Shown: positions 9,836 to 20,590, counted from the stretch's first letter. The stretch: 64,000 nt of DNA from Candidatus Zhuqueibacterota bacterium (GCA_049322915.1 JBMOPW010000032.1:1-64000), one strand, 5' to 3'. The notes: generated from the letters alone by a model not told the origin. Program-made: numbers and translations.

Positions 9836-12497
9836 AAAAATTAAAGCCAGCCGAGAAGTAGAACACTTTTTGACCTGACCTGATTTTACCAATAGCAATA
9901 CTAAAAGGACCCACAGGCGTGCTTATGTCTAACGATGTTCCGAAGCCGGCGTTGAAGTCTGTTGGGTTGATGTCAACGCTATTCTCCCAGGTTGCGCCAA
10001 GATCGTATCGCATGCTCCAATAGACATCCACTGGAAAAGCAAATGGAAATAAATAGCGGTATTCGAGGCTACCCACAATGATATGTCTTCCAATTTTTTC
10101 ATTCTCATACAATCCATAAAAAGTGTTTTGTCCGCCCAAACGATATTGCTCAAAGAATGGTGTGGTTAAGTCGGAAGTGCCCCAGATAATTTTCGGATGC
10201 AGGGTATTTCGTTTTAGAAATGTGTGGTAAAGATCGAGAGACGTAAAAAGTTTGATGAACGAAATCTCGCTGTTCAAAAATGTTGCTGATGACATCTTAT
10301 AAAAGAATCTATAGTATTTACCATTCTGAGGAAATGGATATCTGTCCTGAGTATCCACGATGGATTGAATTGTCAATGTTTTGAGCGCATATTTTCCGGT
10401 GGGATAGCCAAAGCCATTCAATGGGGATAATCGAATTTCATTCAATGAAGCGATTGCTGAAAAGACGCCGAGCCGCTTGATTTGTTGTCCCAGGGAAAAT
10501 GAAAATCCGTAGTCCTGCTGTTGGTACTCGCCGGTTCGATTCCCTTCATGATAAACATAGTTATTTTCCCGAGAGTGGAATGCATTAAAATCGTTGGTGA
10601 TGAAAGACCGAAAGAGTCGATCCGCGCGAAAAGTCAGGCTATATCTTTGCTCTTTGGGTCCGTACACCGAATGCATCATGAGTTGATTGCCCGAGCCAAA
10701 AATATTTTCATCAGCCAATTCAATAAGCGCCTTGTTTTTCCTGTCCAGATCGTGATGGTAACTAAATCTGAGGAGACTGAACGCGCGCTCACGAACTTTG
10801 ATGACGATATGAGCCAGTTGATTTTTGCGGTCAACTTCGAGGGAGACCGTTTCAAATAAATTGGTGCTGTGAATATTGTTGATGCCATCGTCGGCTTTGT
10901 TCAGATTAAAAATATCGCCTGGCTTGAGCGGAAACTCTCGCAGGATGACAAAGTCCTTTGATCGCTCATTTCCTTCAATGCTAATGGATGAAATTTGCCC
11001 TTCGTTTATATCGATGAAAAGGGTGTCGTTTTTAATATGAATGTCATCAATCTGCACCAGAGCATAGCCGTTACTTTTATACAATCGAATGATGTTGGCA
11101 ATATCCTCTTTTGACTGCAAATAGTTAATCGGCAAATTTTTTCGGCATCCCAGTTGCCTCTTCAATATTGAATCCGGAAAAACGGTATTGCCTTTGAAAA
11201 TTGCGCTGCAAAAATGGGGATTGGGAAAAAAGATGAAGTTTATCGATAGGCTGTCGTGGCTGGTTCTGCATATAGCCAATGCATTCTCGAAATAACCGGT
11301 TTCATAGGTGTCCTTGAGTATGTTTGCAATGTCAAAGCGCGAAGCCATCTTCCCGAGTTTGATATTCATGATGTTGAGTACAATGTCTTTTAATGAATTG
11401 TCTTCGATACCAGCGATGTGGATGTCCTTCACCTTCAGCGGCGTCTTTGATACAGAATCCGTCTGCGCGTGCTGAATCAATTTCTGGATTTGATAGATAT
11501 TCCGAATCGTTTCATTTCTACCAGCTTCAATTATGTTATCCACCTTTTGAAAGCTATCCGATTTGTAATCGTTCAAATCCACTTTAATCAATACATCTGC
11601 CTTATCTCGCTGTTCATTTAACTTCTCTTTCTGCATGATGGTAGTCACCTGATCAGCGATTTCCCATGGAGCGGCAATTTTGTTTTCCGGTCGCAGCTTG
11701 GATGCAGTATCGACGGCCAAAACAAGATCAGCTCCATTTTCTCTCACATCATCAACCGGGATATTATTAATAAGCCCGCCATCAACCAGTAACATGGAAT
11801 CTCGCGGTACGGGTGCGAACAAAAGAGGCACTGCCGATGACGCTTTCATCGCTTCAGCAAGATTGCCATTTCTCAATAAAATTTTTTGCCCTGAGATGAG
11901 GTCGCAGGCAAGGGCACGGAATGGAATTTTAAGTTTATCAAAATCGGAGTTCGTCTGATAATCAACCTTCAGAGTCAGATTGGTCAAAATGGAGGTCAGT
12001 TTCTGACCGGGGGTAACCGCCTGAGGCAGCGCTAAATGCAATCCTTTGAAACGGATTTGCAGAATAGTACGGCTTCGTTCCTGTTTTTGCCCGATAAAGA
12101 GACTCGACCTGGGGGGAGTATCGACCATGAGATTGCTCCAGTCGATGGACTTCGCAAGCGATTCAATCTGCTGCGGCGAATAACCAGCGGCGTACAATCC
12201 ACCAATTATGCTGCCCATGCTGGTTCCAACGATCACATCGATGGGGATATTATTTTCCTCGAGAACCTGAATCGCTCCGATTTGGGCAAATCCTCGAGCG
12301 CCTCCACCGCTCAATGCCAATCCGATGGTAGGTCTTTCTATAAACTTATGCGGGAAAAAACAGAAGGGCGGGTAATCGATCTTGCCAAATTGCAGTCGAA
12401 CCGTGTCATCGGTAGCAGTTTTTCCAAAGATAATTGGTGTTCCACACACAAGGAATATTAACATCACGAAAAAAGAGAAATGAATTTTTTGCTTCAT
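9834..12497 (-). CDS. Patatin-like phospholipase with POTRA domains and Omp85/BamA barrel (type Vd/PlpD-like)
   Basis: Signal peptide; SGGGARG, GTSMG and DGG patatin motifs; POTRA-like segments; C-terminal barrel ending FYFSAGFNF. Confidence 0.88.
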   Translation of the reverse strand: MKQKIHFSFFVMLIFLVCGTPIIFGKTATDDTVRLQFGKIDYPPFCFFPHKFIERPTIGLALSGGGARGFAQIGAIQVLEENNIPIDVIVGTSMGSIIGGLYAAGYSPQQIESLAKSIDWSNLMVDTPPRSSLFIGQKQERSRTILQIRFKGLHLALPQAVTPGQKLTSILTNLTLKVDYQTNSDFDKLKIPFRALACDLISGQKILLRNGNLAEAMKASSAVPLLFAPVPRDSMLLVDGGLINNIPVDDVRENGADLVLAVDTASKLRPENKIAAPWEIADQVTTIMQKEKLNEQRDKADVLIKVDLNDYKSDSFQKVDNIIEAGRNETIRNIYQIQKLIQHAQTDSVSKTPLKVKDIHIAGIEDNSLKDIVLNIMNIKLGKMASRFDIANILKDTYETGYFENALAICRTSHDSLSINFIFFPNPHFCSAIFKGNTVFPDSILKRQLGCRKNLPINYLQSKEDIANIIRLYKSNGYALVQIDDIHIKNDTLFIDINEGQISSISIEGNERSKDFVILREFPLKPGDIFNLNKADDGINNIHSTNLFETVSLEVDRKNQLAHIVIKVRERAFSLLRFSYHHDLDRKNKALIELADENIFGSGNQLMMHSVYGPKEQRYSLTFRADRLFRSFITNDFNAFHSRENNYVYHEGNRTGEYQQQDYGFSFSLGQQIKRLGVFSAIASLNEIRLSPLNGFGYPTGKYALKTLTIQSIVDTQDRYPFPQNGKYYRFFYKMSSATFLNSEISFIKLFTSLDLYHTFLKRNTLHPKIIWGTSDLTTPFFEQYRLGGQNTFYGLYENEKIGRHIIVGSLEYRYLFPFAFPVDVYWSMRYDLGATWENSVDINPTDFNAGFGTSLDISTPVGPFSIAIGKIRSGQKVFYFSAGFNF

Positions 12498-12596
12498 ATC
12501 CTTGGGCTGTCAAATTAGTAATTTTAATAATTTAACTGGATTAAACGATAATTGAAAAATAAAGTTCAAACGATGTGCAAGGCTGCAAAATTGGAA

Positions 12597-12627
12597 TTGA
12601 CTTTGATGAATTTATTTAGTACATTTG
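12597..12627 (+). promoter_or_regulatory. sigma70-type promoter of bioY operon
   Basis: TTGACT (12597-12602), 17 bp, TACATT(TG). Confidence 0.55.
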
Positions 12628-12656
12628 CAGTAATTTCAACTTAATACGACGAAAAT

Positions 12657-13259
12657 ATGGAAGTTATTTCTAAAAACAGAAATATAATTTTAATAAGTTG
12701 TTTTGCTGCATTAACCGCAGTAGGCGCATTCATAAAAATTCCTTTACCGCATGTACCGGTGACGTTGCAGACTTTTTTCGTTCTGTTGGCGGGGAATCTG
12801 CTGGGCTATAAAAACGGCGCATTTAGCCAGGTTCTGTATTTAGCTTTGGGGTTGATAGGCATTCCAATATTTGCCTATGGCGGAGGTCCTGCCTATATTT
12901 TTCAACCATCCTTTGGTTATCTATTGGGCTATCCGGCCGGGGCTTTTATCATCGGAGCGCTGATCAAATTTTTATCAACAAAGGGAGATGATAATTCCCG
13001 AAGGCTGAATTTGGGCAGTCTCATTTTTTCCGATGTAGTTGGCGTCATCGTCATTTTTATTTTTGGACTGGGGTATTTGTATTTTAATATTGAGTCAGGT
13101 CTCTATCTCCGTCTTGAAAATTTGTCGACACCAATAAATTGGAGCCTCGCGTTGAAGACAGCGGTGTTCATCTTTTTTCCTATTGATTTGGTGAAGGTGA
13201 TTCTGGCGACCGTAGTGACTTTAAAAATGAAACATAGCAGTGTTTTTTCCCAGGTATAA
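12657..13259 (+). CDS. bioY: Biotin transporter BioY
   Basis: VPVTLQTFFV, LGLIGIPIFAYGG, PSFGYLLGY; highly hydrophobic. Confidence 0.92.
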   Translation: MEVISKNRNIILISCFAALTAVGAFIKIPLPHVPVTLQTFFVLLAGNLLGYKNGAFSQVLYLALGLIGIPIFAYGGGPAYIFQPSFGYLLGYPAGAFIIGALIKFLSTKGDDNSRRLNLGSLIFSDVVGVIVIFIFGLGYLYFNIESGLYLRLENLSTPINWSLALKTAVFIFFPIDLVKVILATVVTLKMKHSSVFSQV

Positions 13260-13319
13260 AAAAACGCATTTTCCCGGAGTAAGGAAGTAACTAATTAGTC
13301 ACAAGGAAGGAAGTATAGA

Positions 13320-14291
13320 ATGAATCATTATGTCATTGGCGTGGATGGCGGCGGTACTAAAACTGAATTAGTGCTGATCGACAATTCAGGAAATTACATT
13401 GGGCGAGCCAAAGTGGGGAGTTCGAACTATCAGGCGATTGGCGGAGAAAAATTGAAGGAAATTTTGTTGTCCGGTTTCTCTGACTTACTGAAAAGCACGA
13501 ATGTTCTGTCTCAAAAAGTGGATCACGTATTTCTTGGATTGGCCGGAGCGGGTCGGGAAAGCGATCGGAAAGAGATAAAAGCGTTATTCCAAAATACAGA
13601 ATTTCAGGATAAAATTACAGTGGATAGTGATGCAATTGTAGCCCTGGCTGGCGCATTTGGGACGGCCCCGGGCATCATCATCATTTCAGGGACGGGCGCG
13701 ATCTGTTTCGGAAAAAATTCCGAAGGAAAAGTGATGCGCTCCGGAGGTTGGGGGTATTTGCTGGGCGATGAAGGAAGTGGCTATTATATTGGAAGAAAAG
13801 CGATCATGGCAGCTTTGAAATATTTTGATGGACGCGGTGAAAAGACCAGACTGCGCCAGGTATTGGAACAGCATTTTAATCTCCAATCAATCGAATTGAT
13901 CATTCCGCTCGTCTATCAAAATAAAATTGACCGAGTGGCCATAGCACAGTTGGCCCCCATGGTTTTTGAACAAGCCACGAAGGGCGATGTGGTATCCGAT
14001 GAGATTATACGGGGAACAGGGCGAGAGCTTGGAAAATTGGCGAAAGCTGTTGCTGAGAAACTCAATTTTGCCAACGAAGAAATAAAAGTCGCCTTCATCG
14101 GCAGCATCTTCAAACAGAAGGAAATGCTGATCAATGATATTTCTAAGGAGTTGTATGAATTATCATGGAATGTTCAGATAACGGAGCCCATGTTTGAACC
14201 GCAATTTGGCGCCGCATTGATGGCCATGCAACAATGCAAAATTCCTATCAACGATGAATTGCTTGAAAATTTGAAAAACTCTATTAAGTAA
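13320..14291 (+). CDS. BadF/BadG/BcrA/BcrD-type sugar kinase (GlcNAc/MurNAc kinase-like)
   Basis: GVDGGGTKT, ISGTGA, GGWGYLLGDEGSGY; adjacent to anmK. Confidence 0.88.
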   Translation: MNHYVIGVDGGGTKTELVLIDNSGNYIGRAKVGSSNYQAIGGEKLKEILLSGFSDLLKSTNVLSQKVDHVFLGLAGAGRESDRKEIKALFQNTEFQDKITVDSDAIVALAGAFGTAPGIIIISGTGAICFGKNSEGKVMRSGGWGYLLGDEGSGYYIGRKAIMAALKYFDGRGEKTRLRQVLEQHFNLQSIELIIPLVYQNKIDRVAIAQLAPMVFEQATKGDVVSDEIIRGTGRELGKLAKAVAEKLNFANEEIKVAFIGSIFKQKEMLINDISKELYELSWNVQITEPMFEPQFGAALMAMQQCKIPINDELLENLKNSIK

Positions 14292-14304
14292 ATTCAGGTA
14301 TCAT

Positions 14305-15492
14305 GTGCACCCACTCGTTCGGATTTTAAATAAAGATACGAGACTGGCCATTGGTCTGATGTCGGGCACCTCGATGGATGGGATCGATGCGGCTCTGGTG
14401 CAAATCAAAGGTAGTGGCGAGTCGACGTCCCTCGAACTGATTCATTTTGCGATGCTTCCCTATCCGGATACATTGCGCGAGGCATTACTGACCATGTCAC
14501 AGCCGGGCAACGGGACTGTAGAGCAAATCTGCCAGATGAATTTCATTGTGGGTGAGTACTTTGCAGATGCTGCCCTGGAAATTTGCCGACAAGCCGGGAT
14601 TGATGAACGGCAGGTTGATTTTATCGGATCTCACGGCCAGACGGTACATCACCTCCCCACTCCGCGTCGCGTATTCGATAAATGGAGTCGATCGACGCTT
14701 CAAATCGGTGAATCGGGCATCATTGCTAATCGCACCGGGATCGTTACCGTCGCCAATTTCCGAAGCGCGGATATGGCGGAAAACGGCCAGGGAGCGCCGC
14801 TGATCCCGAATTTCGATTACCTGCTATTTCAGTCGAAAGAAAAAAATCGCGTTTTATTGAACATCGGAGGAATTGCAAATTACACAATCCTGAAAAAAGG
14901 TGGTGAAAAAGCGGATGTGATCGCCTATGACACCGGGCCTGGCAATATGGTGATCAATGCGCTGATGAAAATACTGTTCAATCAGGACTTTGACGAGGAT
15001 GGTGCCGTTGCGCTGCGCGGAATTGTAGCCGAAGAAGTGCTCAATGAATTAAAACAACACGAATATTTTTCAAAAGCGATTCCGAAATCAACAGGTCGGG
15101 AAGAATTTGGAAATACTTTTGTTCTTAAATTGCTCGAACGCACAGAAAAACTCAGGCTATCCTCTGAGGATATCATAGCGACAGCGACTGAATTGACCGC
15201 CTGGGCGATTGCGGACGCATTTAAATTTTCAGCCGTTCATTTGAATGAAGTTGACGAATTAATAGTGAGCGGCGGGGGCGTTTATAATCGCGCCATGATG
15301 GCCTCTTTGAAAAGGAAATTTCGCAATAGCCAGGTCTTGACAACCACTGATTTTGGAATTCCGGCAGATGCGAAAGAAGCGATCTGTTTCGCGGTTCTGG
15401 CCAATGAAACGATCTCTGGAAATCCAGCGAATTTACCGACAGTGACCGGCGCAAGCCGATCTGTCATTTTAGGAACAATCAGTTTTGCTTAA
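14305..15492 (+). CDS. anmK: Anhydro-N-acetylmuramic acid kinase
   Basis: GLMSGTSMDGID, GSHGQT, GQGAPL, NIGGIAN, DTGPGN, KSTGRE, KEAICFA. Confidence 0.96.
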   Translation: MHPLVRILNKDTRLAIGLMSGTSMDGIDAALVQIKGSGESTSLELIHFAMLPYPDTLREALLTMSQPGNGTVEQICQMNFIVGEYFADAALEICRQAGIDERQVDFIGSHGQTVHHLPTPRRVFDKWSRSTLQIGESGIIANRTGIVTVANFRSADMAENGQGAPLIPNFDYLLFQSKEKNRVLLNIGGIANYTILKKGGEKADVIAYDTGPGNMVINALMKILFNQDFDEDGAVALRGIVAEEVLNELKQHEYFSKAIPKSTGREEFGNTFVLKLLERTEKLRLSSEDIIATATELTAWAIADAFKFSAVHLNEVDELIVSGGGVYNRAMMASLKRKFRNSQVLTTTDFGIPADAKEAICFAVLANETISGNPANLPTVTGASRSVILGTISFA

Positions 15493-16498
15493 ATCAAAAA
15501 AGATACCAATCATCGGGATTACCATGGGCGATTATAACGGGATTGGTCCGGAAATCGTCCTGAAGGCGGTCCGTTCATTTTCAAGAGAAGAAAGCGCCAT
15601 CATTATTATTGGTTCCGGCAGGGTGTTCGAAGACATCAATCAAAGGCTTGATCAGCCGATAGCGCTTCAGACAATTGAACAACTCCGGCGTGAAGATATC
15701 CAGCCGGGAAATGTTTATATGCTGGATATTTTTAATAATGAAAAAATTCCCATACGTTTTGGCGCGATATCGAAGCACGCCGGGCAGTGTGCCGGAAAAT
15801 GTATTGAAGAAGCTGTGAAATTCGCCATGGGCGGCGCGATTGATTGCATCGTCACCGCTCCTCTTTCCAAAGAAGCTCTGATATTGGCCGGGTATCATTT
15901 TCCGGGCCAAACGGAGCTGCTGGCTTTTTTGACTCACTCGAATAAATTTTTGATGATGCTTCTTGTGGATGATTTCAGAGTAACATTGGTCACGACGCAT
16001 TGCGCGATTTCTGAAATCTCGGGACAATTATCCCACGAGCGAATTTTTGAAAAAATTCAGATATTGGATAAATGCCTTCGCACAGACTTTGAAATTGAAT
16101 CGCCGTCCATCGCAGTCACCGCGCTGAATCCTCATGCCAGCGACGGAGGTGCCTTTGGAAAGGAAGAGCAGAAATATATTGCTCCGGCAATCGAGAGTGC
16201 AAGACAGGCAGGAATCAATGCCCATGGCCCGTTCCCGGCGGACACATTGTTCGCAGCCATCGGTCGAGATCGCTTCGATGGATACCTGGCGATGTACCAC
16301 GACCAGGGTTTAATTCCGCTGAAAATGAAAGCCGGCGGACGCGGAGTAAATTTTACGGCTGGATTACCAATAATTCGGACATCCCCGGACCACGGCACAG
16401 CGTTTGATATTGCTGGAAAAATGATGGCACAATCTGGCAGTATGTTGGAGGCAATTAAACTTGGCCAACACCTTGCTCAAAAAAGAAATACCGGCTAA
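15485..16498 (+). CDS. pdxA: 4-hydroxythreonine-4-phosphate dehydrogenase
   Basis: ITMGDYNGIGPEI, LNPHA, GPFPADT, AMYHDQGLIPLK, RTSPDHGTAFDIAG. Confidence 0.95.
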   Translation: MLKSKKIPIIGITMGDYNGIGPEIVLKAVRSFSREESAIIIIGSGRVFEDINQRLDQPIALQTIEQLRREDIQPGNVYMLDIFNNEKIPIRFGAISKHAGQCAGKCIEEAVKFAMGGAIDCIVTAPLSKEALILAGYHFPGQTELLAFLTHSNKFLMMLLVDDFRVTLVTTHCAISEISGQLSHERIFEKIQILDKCLRTDFEIESPSIAVTALNPHASDGGAFGKEEQKYIAPAIESARQAGINAHGPFPADTLFAAIGRDRFDGYLAMYHDQGLIPLKMKAGGRGVNFTAGLPIIRTSPDHGTAFDIAGKMMAQSGSMLEAIKLGQHLAQKRNTG

Positions 16499-17231
16499 TC
16501 CCTATTCGCGCCTTGCGGCCATTTATGATGATGTCATGGCCCATGTGGATTACAAGCTATGGGCGAGTTATATCCATCGCGTCATTAAGAAATGGCATTC
16601 ATCCGCGTTCCGTGTCGTGGACATTTCCTGCGGAACAGGCAGTTTGTTGCTCCAGTTGAACAGGTACGGCTACCATACTTGCGGTTTTGATTTTTCCTTC
16701 GAAATGGTGCGTCGCGCGCAGATGAAATTCCAGTCGACTACTCCGGCAAAGCCAGTTTGGCAGGGCGACATGGTTTCGTTTCATCTGAAGAAAAAACCGG
16801 ATGTGCTCATTTGTATTTATGATAGCATCAATTATTTGCAGGAAATCGAAGCCGTCGCACGAGTTCTTCAGATGGTCTGGGAAAATTTATCCATTCAGGG
16901 CCTTTTCATTTTTGATATTTGTACCGCTCGGAATTCACTTGATTATTTTCAAAACTATGTTGAACAAAATAATGGAGCAGGTTATTCCTACACGCGGCAC
17001 AGCACCTACATTAAAAAGCATCGGGTTCAACAAAATCGTTTTGAGATAACGTTTGATTCTGATCCGAATATTTATACTGAAGTGCATAAACAGAGAATAT
17101 TTTCAGTCGATGAAATAGTCTCACTCATCGGCGATTCGAATTTTAGTCTCGTTGGTTTCTTTGATGGATTTTCATTTCGGCAGGGAAGCGAACGATCGTA
17201 CCGAATTCATTTTGTTTTAAAAAAAGAATAA
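16461..17231 (+). CDS. Class I SAM-dependent methyltransferase
   Basis: VVDISCGTG, DFSFEM, DSINYL, GLFIFD; start position uncertain (overlaps pdxA). Confidence 0.85.
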   Translation: MANTLLKKEIPANPYSRLAAIYDDVMAHVDYKLWASYIHRVIKKWHSSAFRVVDISCGTGSLLLQLNRYGYHTCGFDFSFEMVRRAQMKFQSTTPAKPVWQGDMVSFHLKKKPDVLICIYDSINYLQEIEAVARVLQMVWENLSIQGLFIFDICTARNSLDYFQNYVEQNNGAGYSYTRHSTYIKKHRVQQNRFEITFDSDPNIYTEVHKQRIFSVDEIVSLIGDSNFSLVGFFDGFSFRQGSERSYRIHFVLKKE

Positions 17232-17234
17232 ACT

Positions 17235-17882
17235 ATGATTCAAATTTCTAACGTGGTTGCAAAATATCCCGGCGGCGATGGATTGGAATTAGTCAGTTTA
17301 TCCGTTGACCCCGGAGAATTCGTATATTTGGTCGGTCCCAGTGGCGCCGGGAAAAGCAGTGTGCTTAAAGTCATCTACATGGATATCGTACCTGAATTTG
17401 GCTTAGTCCGAGTCAATGGTTACAGTTCATTGACTATGAAAAAGAAACATATTCCATATCTGCGACGAAAAATTGGGATCATTTTTCAGGATTTCAAATT
17501 GCTGACCGATCGCACGGTATTTGAAAACGTCGCCTTTACCTTGCACGTCACCAATACCCGGAAGCGGGATGTAAAGAAGAAGGTGCTGCGCGTTCTGGCT
17601 GATGTTGGATTGAATCACAAACGGGACAAATTGCCCTTGCAATTATCCGGCGGCGAGCAGCAGCGCGTGGCAATCGCCCGGGCGCTGGTGAACGAGCCAA
17701 TTGTGCTTTTGGCTGACGAACCAACCGGTAATCTGGATCCGGAATCTTCGCACGATATCATGGATCTATTAGAGAAGATCAACGCTAGGGGGACTGCCGT
17801 TTTAATGGCGACCCTTGATTTTCGGCTTGTCCGGGGTGCGAACAGAAAGATCATAAAAATCGAGAAGGGAAGAACAAAATAG
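17235..17882 (+). CDS. ftsE: Cell division ATP-binding protein FtsE
   Basis: GPSGAGKS, IFQDFKLL, LSGGEQQRVAIARA, ADEPTGNLD; upstream of ftsX. Confidence 0.92.
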   Translation: MIQISNVVAKYPGGDGLELVSLSVDPGEFVYLVGPSGAGKSSVLKVIYMDIVPEFGLVRVNGYSSLTMKKKHIPYLRRKIGIIFQDFKLLTDRTVFENVAFTLHVTNTRKRDVKKKVLRVLADVGLNHKRDKLPLQLSGGEQQRVAIARALVNEPIVLLADEPTGNLDPESSHDIMDLLEKINARGTAVLMATLDFRLVRGANRKIIKIEKGRTK

Positions 17883-18742
17883 TGAGTAGTGGATATTTCT
17901 ATTCTTTGGCAGAGGGCTTTCGTGGATTGCGCAGAGCCAAATTCTCCACGTTCGTTTCCATCTCGACGATTTTTCTTTCGCTGGTGTTGATTGGCATCTT
18001 CATCATTTTTATTTTCAATGTCCAGCGGCTAATTCAACAGATCCAGTCTCGTGTGGAGCTGGAAGTCTTCATTGATAATTCTTACACCATCGAACAAATT
18101 GATGAACTGCGTCAGGAAATTTTCAGAATAAAGGGAGTGGAGAGCGTACTATATATTTCCAAAGAGGATGCGGCAGAAATTTTCAAAAACCAATTTGGTC
18201 AGGATGTATTCCAAATCCTCAATGAAAATCCTCTACCGGCTTCCTTTCAGATAAAGCTCAGTCAGCAGCACCGATCCGCGGAAAAAGCGCAACAGATTTT
18301 CAACCAGATCAATCGCCTGAACGGTGTGGATGAGGTGCTGTATCGACACGATCTGACGTTGATGTTAGAACGCTATATTCGTTTGTTCATCATTGTCATT
18401 TTCACGATGGGAGTTTTATTGGGAATAGGCTCAATCTTTCTGGTTTCCAACACGATTAAATTGATCATTTTTTCCAGACGTACCATCATTGAAATCATGA
18501 AACTGGTCGGAGCCACCCAGCGTTTCATACGGCGGCCATTCATTGTTGAAGGGGTTGTTCAGGGGACTATCGGCGGCATTTTAGCAGCATTATTTTTTTA
18601 TTTAGTTTTCCGATTCATCAATGTGGAAATACCAGGCCTGATTCTGATTGATGAGAGCAGTTACCCCATTTTAATTGTTGTTGGTTTGTTGTGGGGATAC
18701 ATTGGCAGTAAAATTGCTCTGCGCAAATTCCTCAAATATTAA
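17882..18742 (+). CDS. ftsX: Cell division permease FtsX
   Basis: YISKEDA, ENPLPAS, SNTIKL, EIMKLVGAT, PFIVEG. Confidence 0.93.
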   Translation: MSSGYFYSLAEGFRGLRRAKFSTFVSISTIFLSLVLIGIFIIFIFNVQRLIQQIQSRVELEVFIDNSYTIEQIDELRQEIFRIKGVESVLYISKEDAAEIFKNQFGQDVFQILNENPLPASFQIKLSQQHRSAEKAQQIFNQINRLNGVDEVLYRHDLTLMLERYIRLFIIVIFTMGVLLGIGSIFLVSNTIKLIIFSRRTIIEIMKLVGATQRFIRRPFIVEGVVQGTIGGILAALFFYLVFRFINVEIPGLILIDESSYPILIVVGLLWGYIGSKIALRKFLKY

Positions 18743-18874
18743 TTCAGAGAATATCCATTGGATGTACTGTTAAAAAATGTTAATCAGGATCGCAGGTCAG
18801 AGTGTGCTCAAAATGGTAAAAATGTAATTAGAAATTAGTAGTTTTACGCGGCGTATTCGAGTCGGAAATTTTAC

Positions 18875-18903
18875 TTGACAAAAGAATTAAAAATTAGTAT
18901 CTT
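18875..18903 (+). promoter_or_regulatory. sigma70-type promoter of hrcA operon
   Basis: TTGACA (18875-18880), 17 bp, TATCTT (18898-18903). Confidence 0.65.
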
Positions 18904-18966
18904 CAAATTGCTTCAAAATAACATCTTGATTCAGTTACAAAAAATTTATATTCATCCAATAGGCTG

Positions 18967-20004
18967 ATGAAAATGAAGGACTCAGTTCTGACAAATCGTG
19001 AAAGTCTGATTTTAAAGTCATTGATAATGACCTTTGTGGAAAGCGCATCTCCAGTTGGTTCCAGATATTTATCGAAAGTCCACAACAATCAATTGAGTTC
19101 CGCCACAATCAGAAACGTCATGATGGATCTGGAGGAAAAGGGCATGGTGGTGCAACCTCATACATCTGCCGGCAGAATTCCAACGGATCTGGGGTATCGG
19201 TATTATGTCGATGATTTAATGATGATTGAGTCTCTTTCTCAGGGAGAGCGGCTGGAAATTGAATATGGATTTCATCAGATCAGCAGGGATGATATTGAGG
19301 CCATACTTGAAAAATCGTGTGAGGTGTTATCGAAAATTTCCAATCAGTTGGGAATTGTGCTCACGCCAAAGTTTTATCAGGGTAAGTTCGAAAAGTTAGA
19401 CTTGATTAGCTTGAGCGATACCAAAATACTGGTTGTAATTTCTATCTCTTCGGGCCTGGTGAAAACCGTCATGATGGAAATGAATTCAAAGATTCCGCGC
19501 GACAAGCTGGAGCAAACAAGCCAGGTTTTAAATGAGCGGCTGTCTGGATTGTCGCTGCGACAGATCAGGGAATCCATTAAAAAACGAGTGCACGATATTT
19601 CGTATGGAAACGAAGAGCTAATCTTTCAAATTGCAGAATCGGCCGATAAGATATTTTCCATTCAAAATGATCATCTGCATTTTAAAGGGACACAAAATAT
19701 TCTAGCTCAGCCGGAATTTTCAGATCAGGAGCGGATCAGTAAAATTCTTGAACTGATAGACAATCAAAAGGTATTAATTCATATTATCAACAATACAACG
19801 TCCACAGACGAGAAGATTTCTATTACAATTGGCAATGAAAACAAAGAGCAGATAATCAACAGGTGCAGCCTGGTGACTGCAAATTATAAGATTGGCGACG
19901 TCACCGGAACATTGGGCATAATTGGTCCTACAAGAATGAAATACGAAAAAGTAACCAGCCTTGTTGATTATTTGGCCCGAACACTGGGTAGATTTTTTTC
20001 GTAG
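18967..20004 (+). CDS. hrcA: Heat-inducible transcription repressor HrcA
   Basis: PVGSR, SSATIRNVM, QPHTSAGRIPTDLGYRYYVD, GIIGPTRMKY. Confidence 0.96.
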   Translation: MKMKDSVLTNRESLILKSLIMTFVESASPVGSRYLSKVHNNQLSSATIRNVMMDLEEKGMVVQPHTSAGRIPTDLGYRYYVDDLMMIESLSQGERLEIEYGFHQISRDDIEAILEKSCEVLSKISNQLGIVLTPKFYQGKFEKLDLISLSDTKILVVISISSGLVKTVMMEMNSKIPRDKLEQTSQVLNERLSGLSLRQIRESIKKRVHDISYGNEELIFQIAESADKIFSIQNDHLHFKGTQNILAQPEFSDQERISKILELIDNQKVLIHIINNTTSTDEKISITIGNENKEQIINRCSLVTANYKIGDVTGTLGIIGPTRMKYEKVTSLVDYLARTLGRFFS

Positions 20005-20035
20005 TGGTAACAGATCAATGAAAGCGGTGTTTTCA

Positions 20036-20590
20036 ATGGCGGAAGAAGTAAAGAATAGTAAAGAGAAAACAGACCCCCAATCTAAAAAAAAGCCACGCTC
20101 CAAAAAAGCGATAGAATCATCGAGTGAAACAGCATTAAAAGAAAATGAAGTTTTAAAAACGGAGTTAGAGGAACTCAGGGATAAATACATGAGGCTGAAA
20201 GCTGAATTTGAAAACTATAAAAAAAGAACCGAACGCGACATCGGGACAATTATTGAAAATGCCAATAAAGATTTTTGCCGCGTGTTATTACCTGTTGTAG
20301 ATGATCTGGAAAGATCACTAAATTCAGATGCTGGCGCGAAGAAGAAGAGTTTTTCTACTCTAAAAAAGGGGATTGAATTAGTCCATCAGAAGATGATGGC
20401 TGCGCTGAAAAGCCAGGGTGTTGAATCCGTTGATGCAGTCGGTAAAACTTTTGATCCAGAATTCCATGAAGCAATCATGCAAATGGAGGATAAGGACAAA
20501 CCATCCAATAGTGTTGTCTTTGAGGCGGAAAAAGGATACGTTCTGAAAGGAAAAGTCATCAGATATTCAAAGGTGGTTGTGAACAAGTAA
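20036..20590 (+). CDS. grpE: Nucleotide exchange factor GrpE
   Basis: RLKAEFENYKKR, LLPVVDDLERS, FDPEFHEA; start 20036 or 20018. Confidence 0.95.
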   Translation: MAEEVKNSKEKTDPQSKKKPRSKKAIESSSETALKENEVLKTELEELRDKYMRLKAEFENYKKRTERDIGTIIENANKDFCRVLLPVVDDLERSLNSDAGAKKKSFSTLKKGIELVHQKMMAALKSQGVESVDAVGKTFDPEFHEAIMQMEDKDKPSNSVVFEAEKGYVLKGKVIRYSKVVVNK

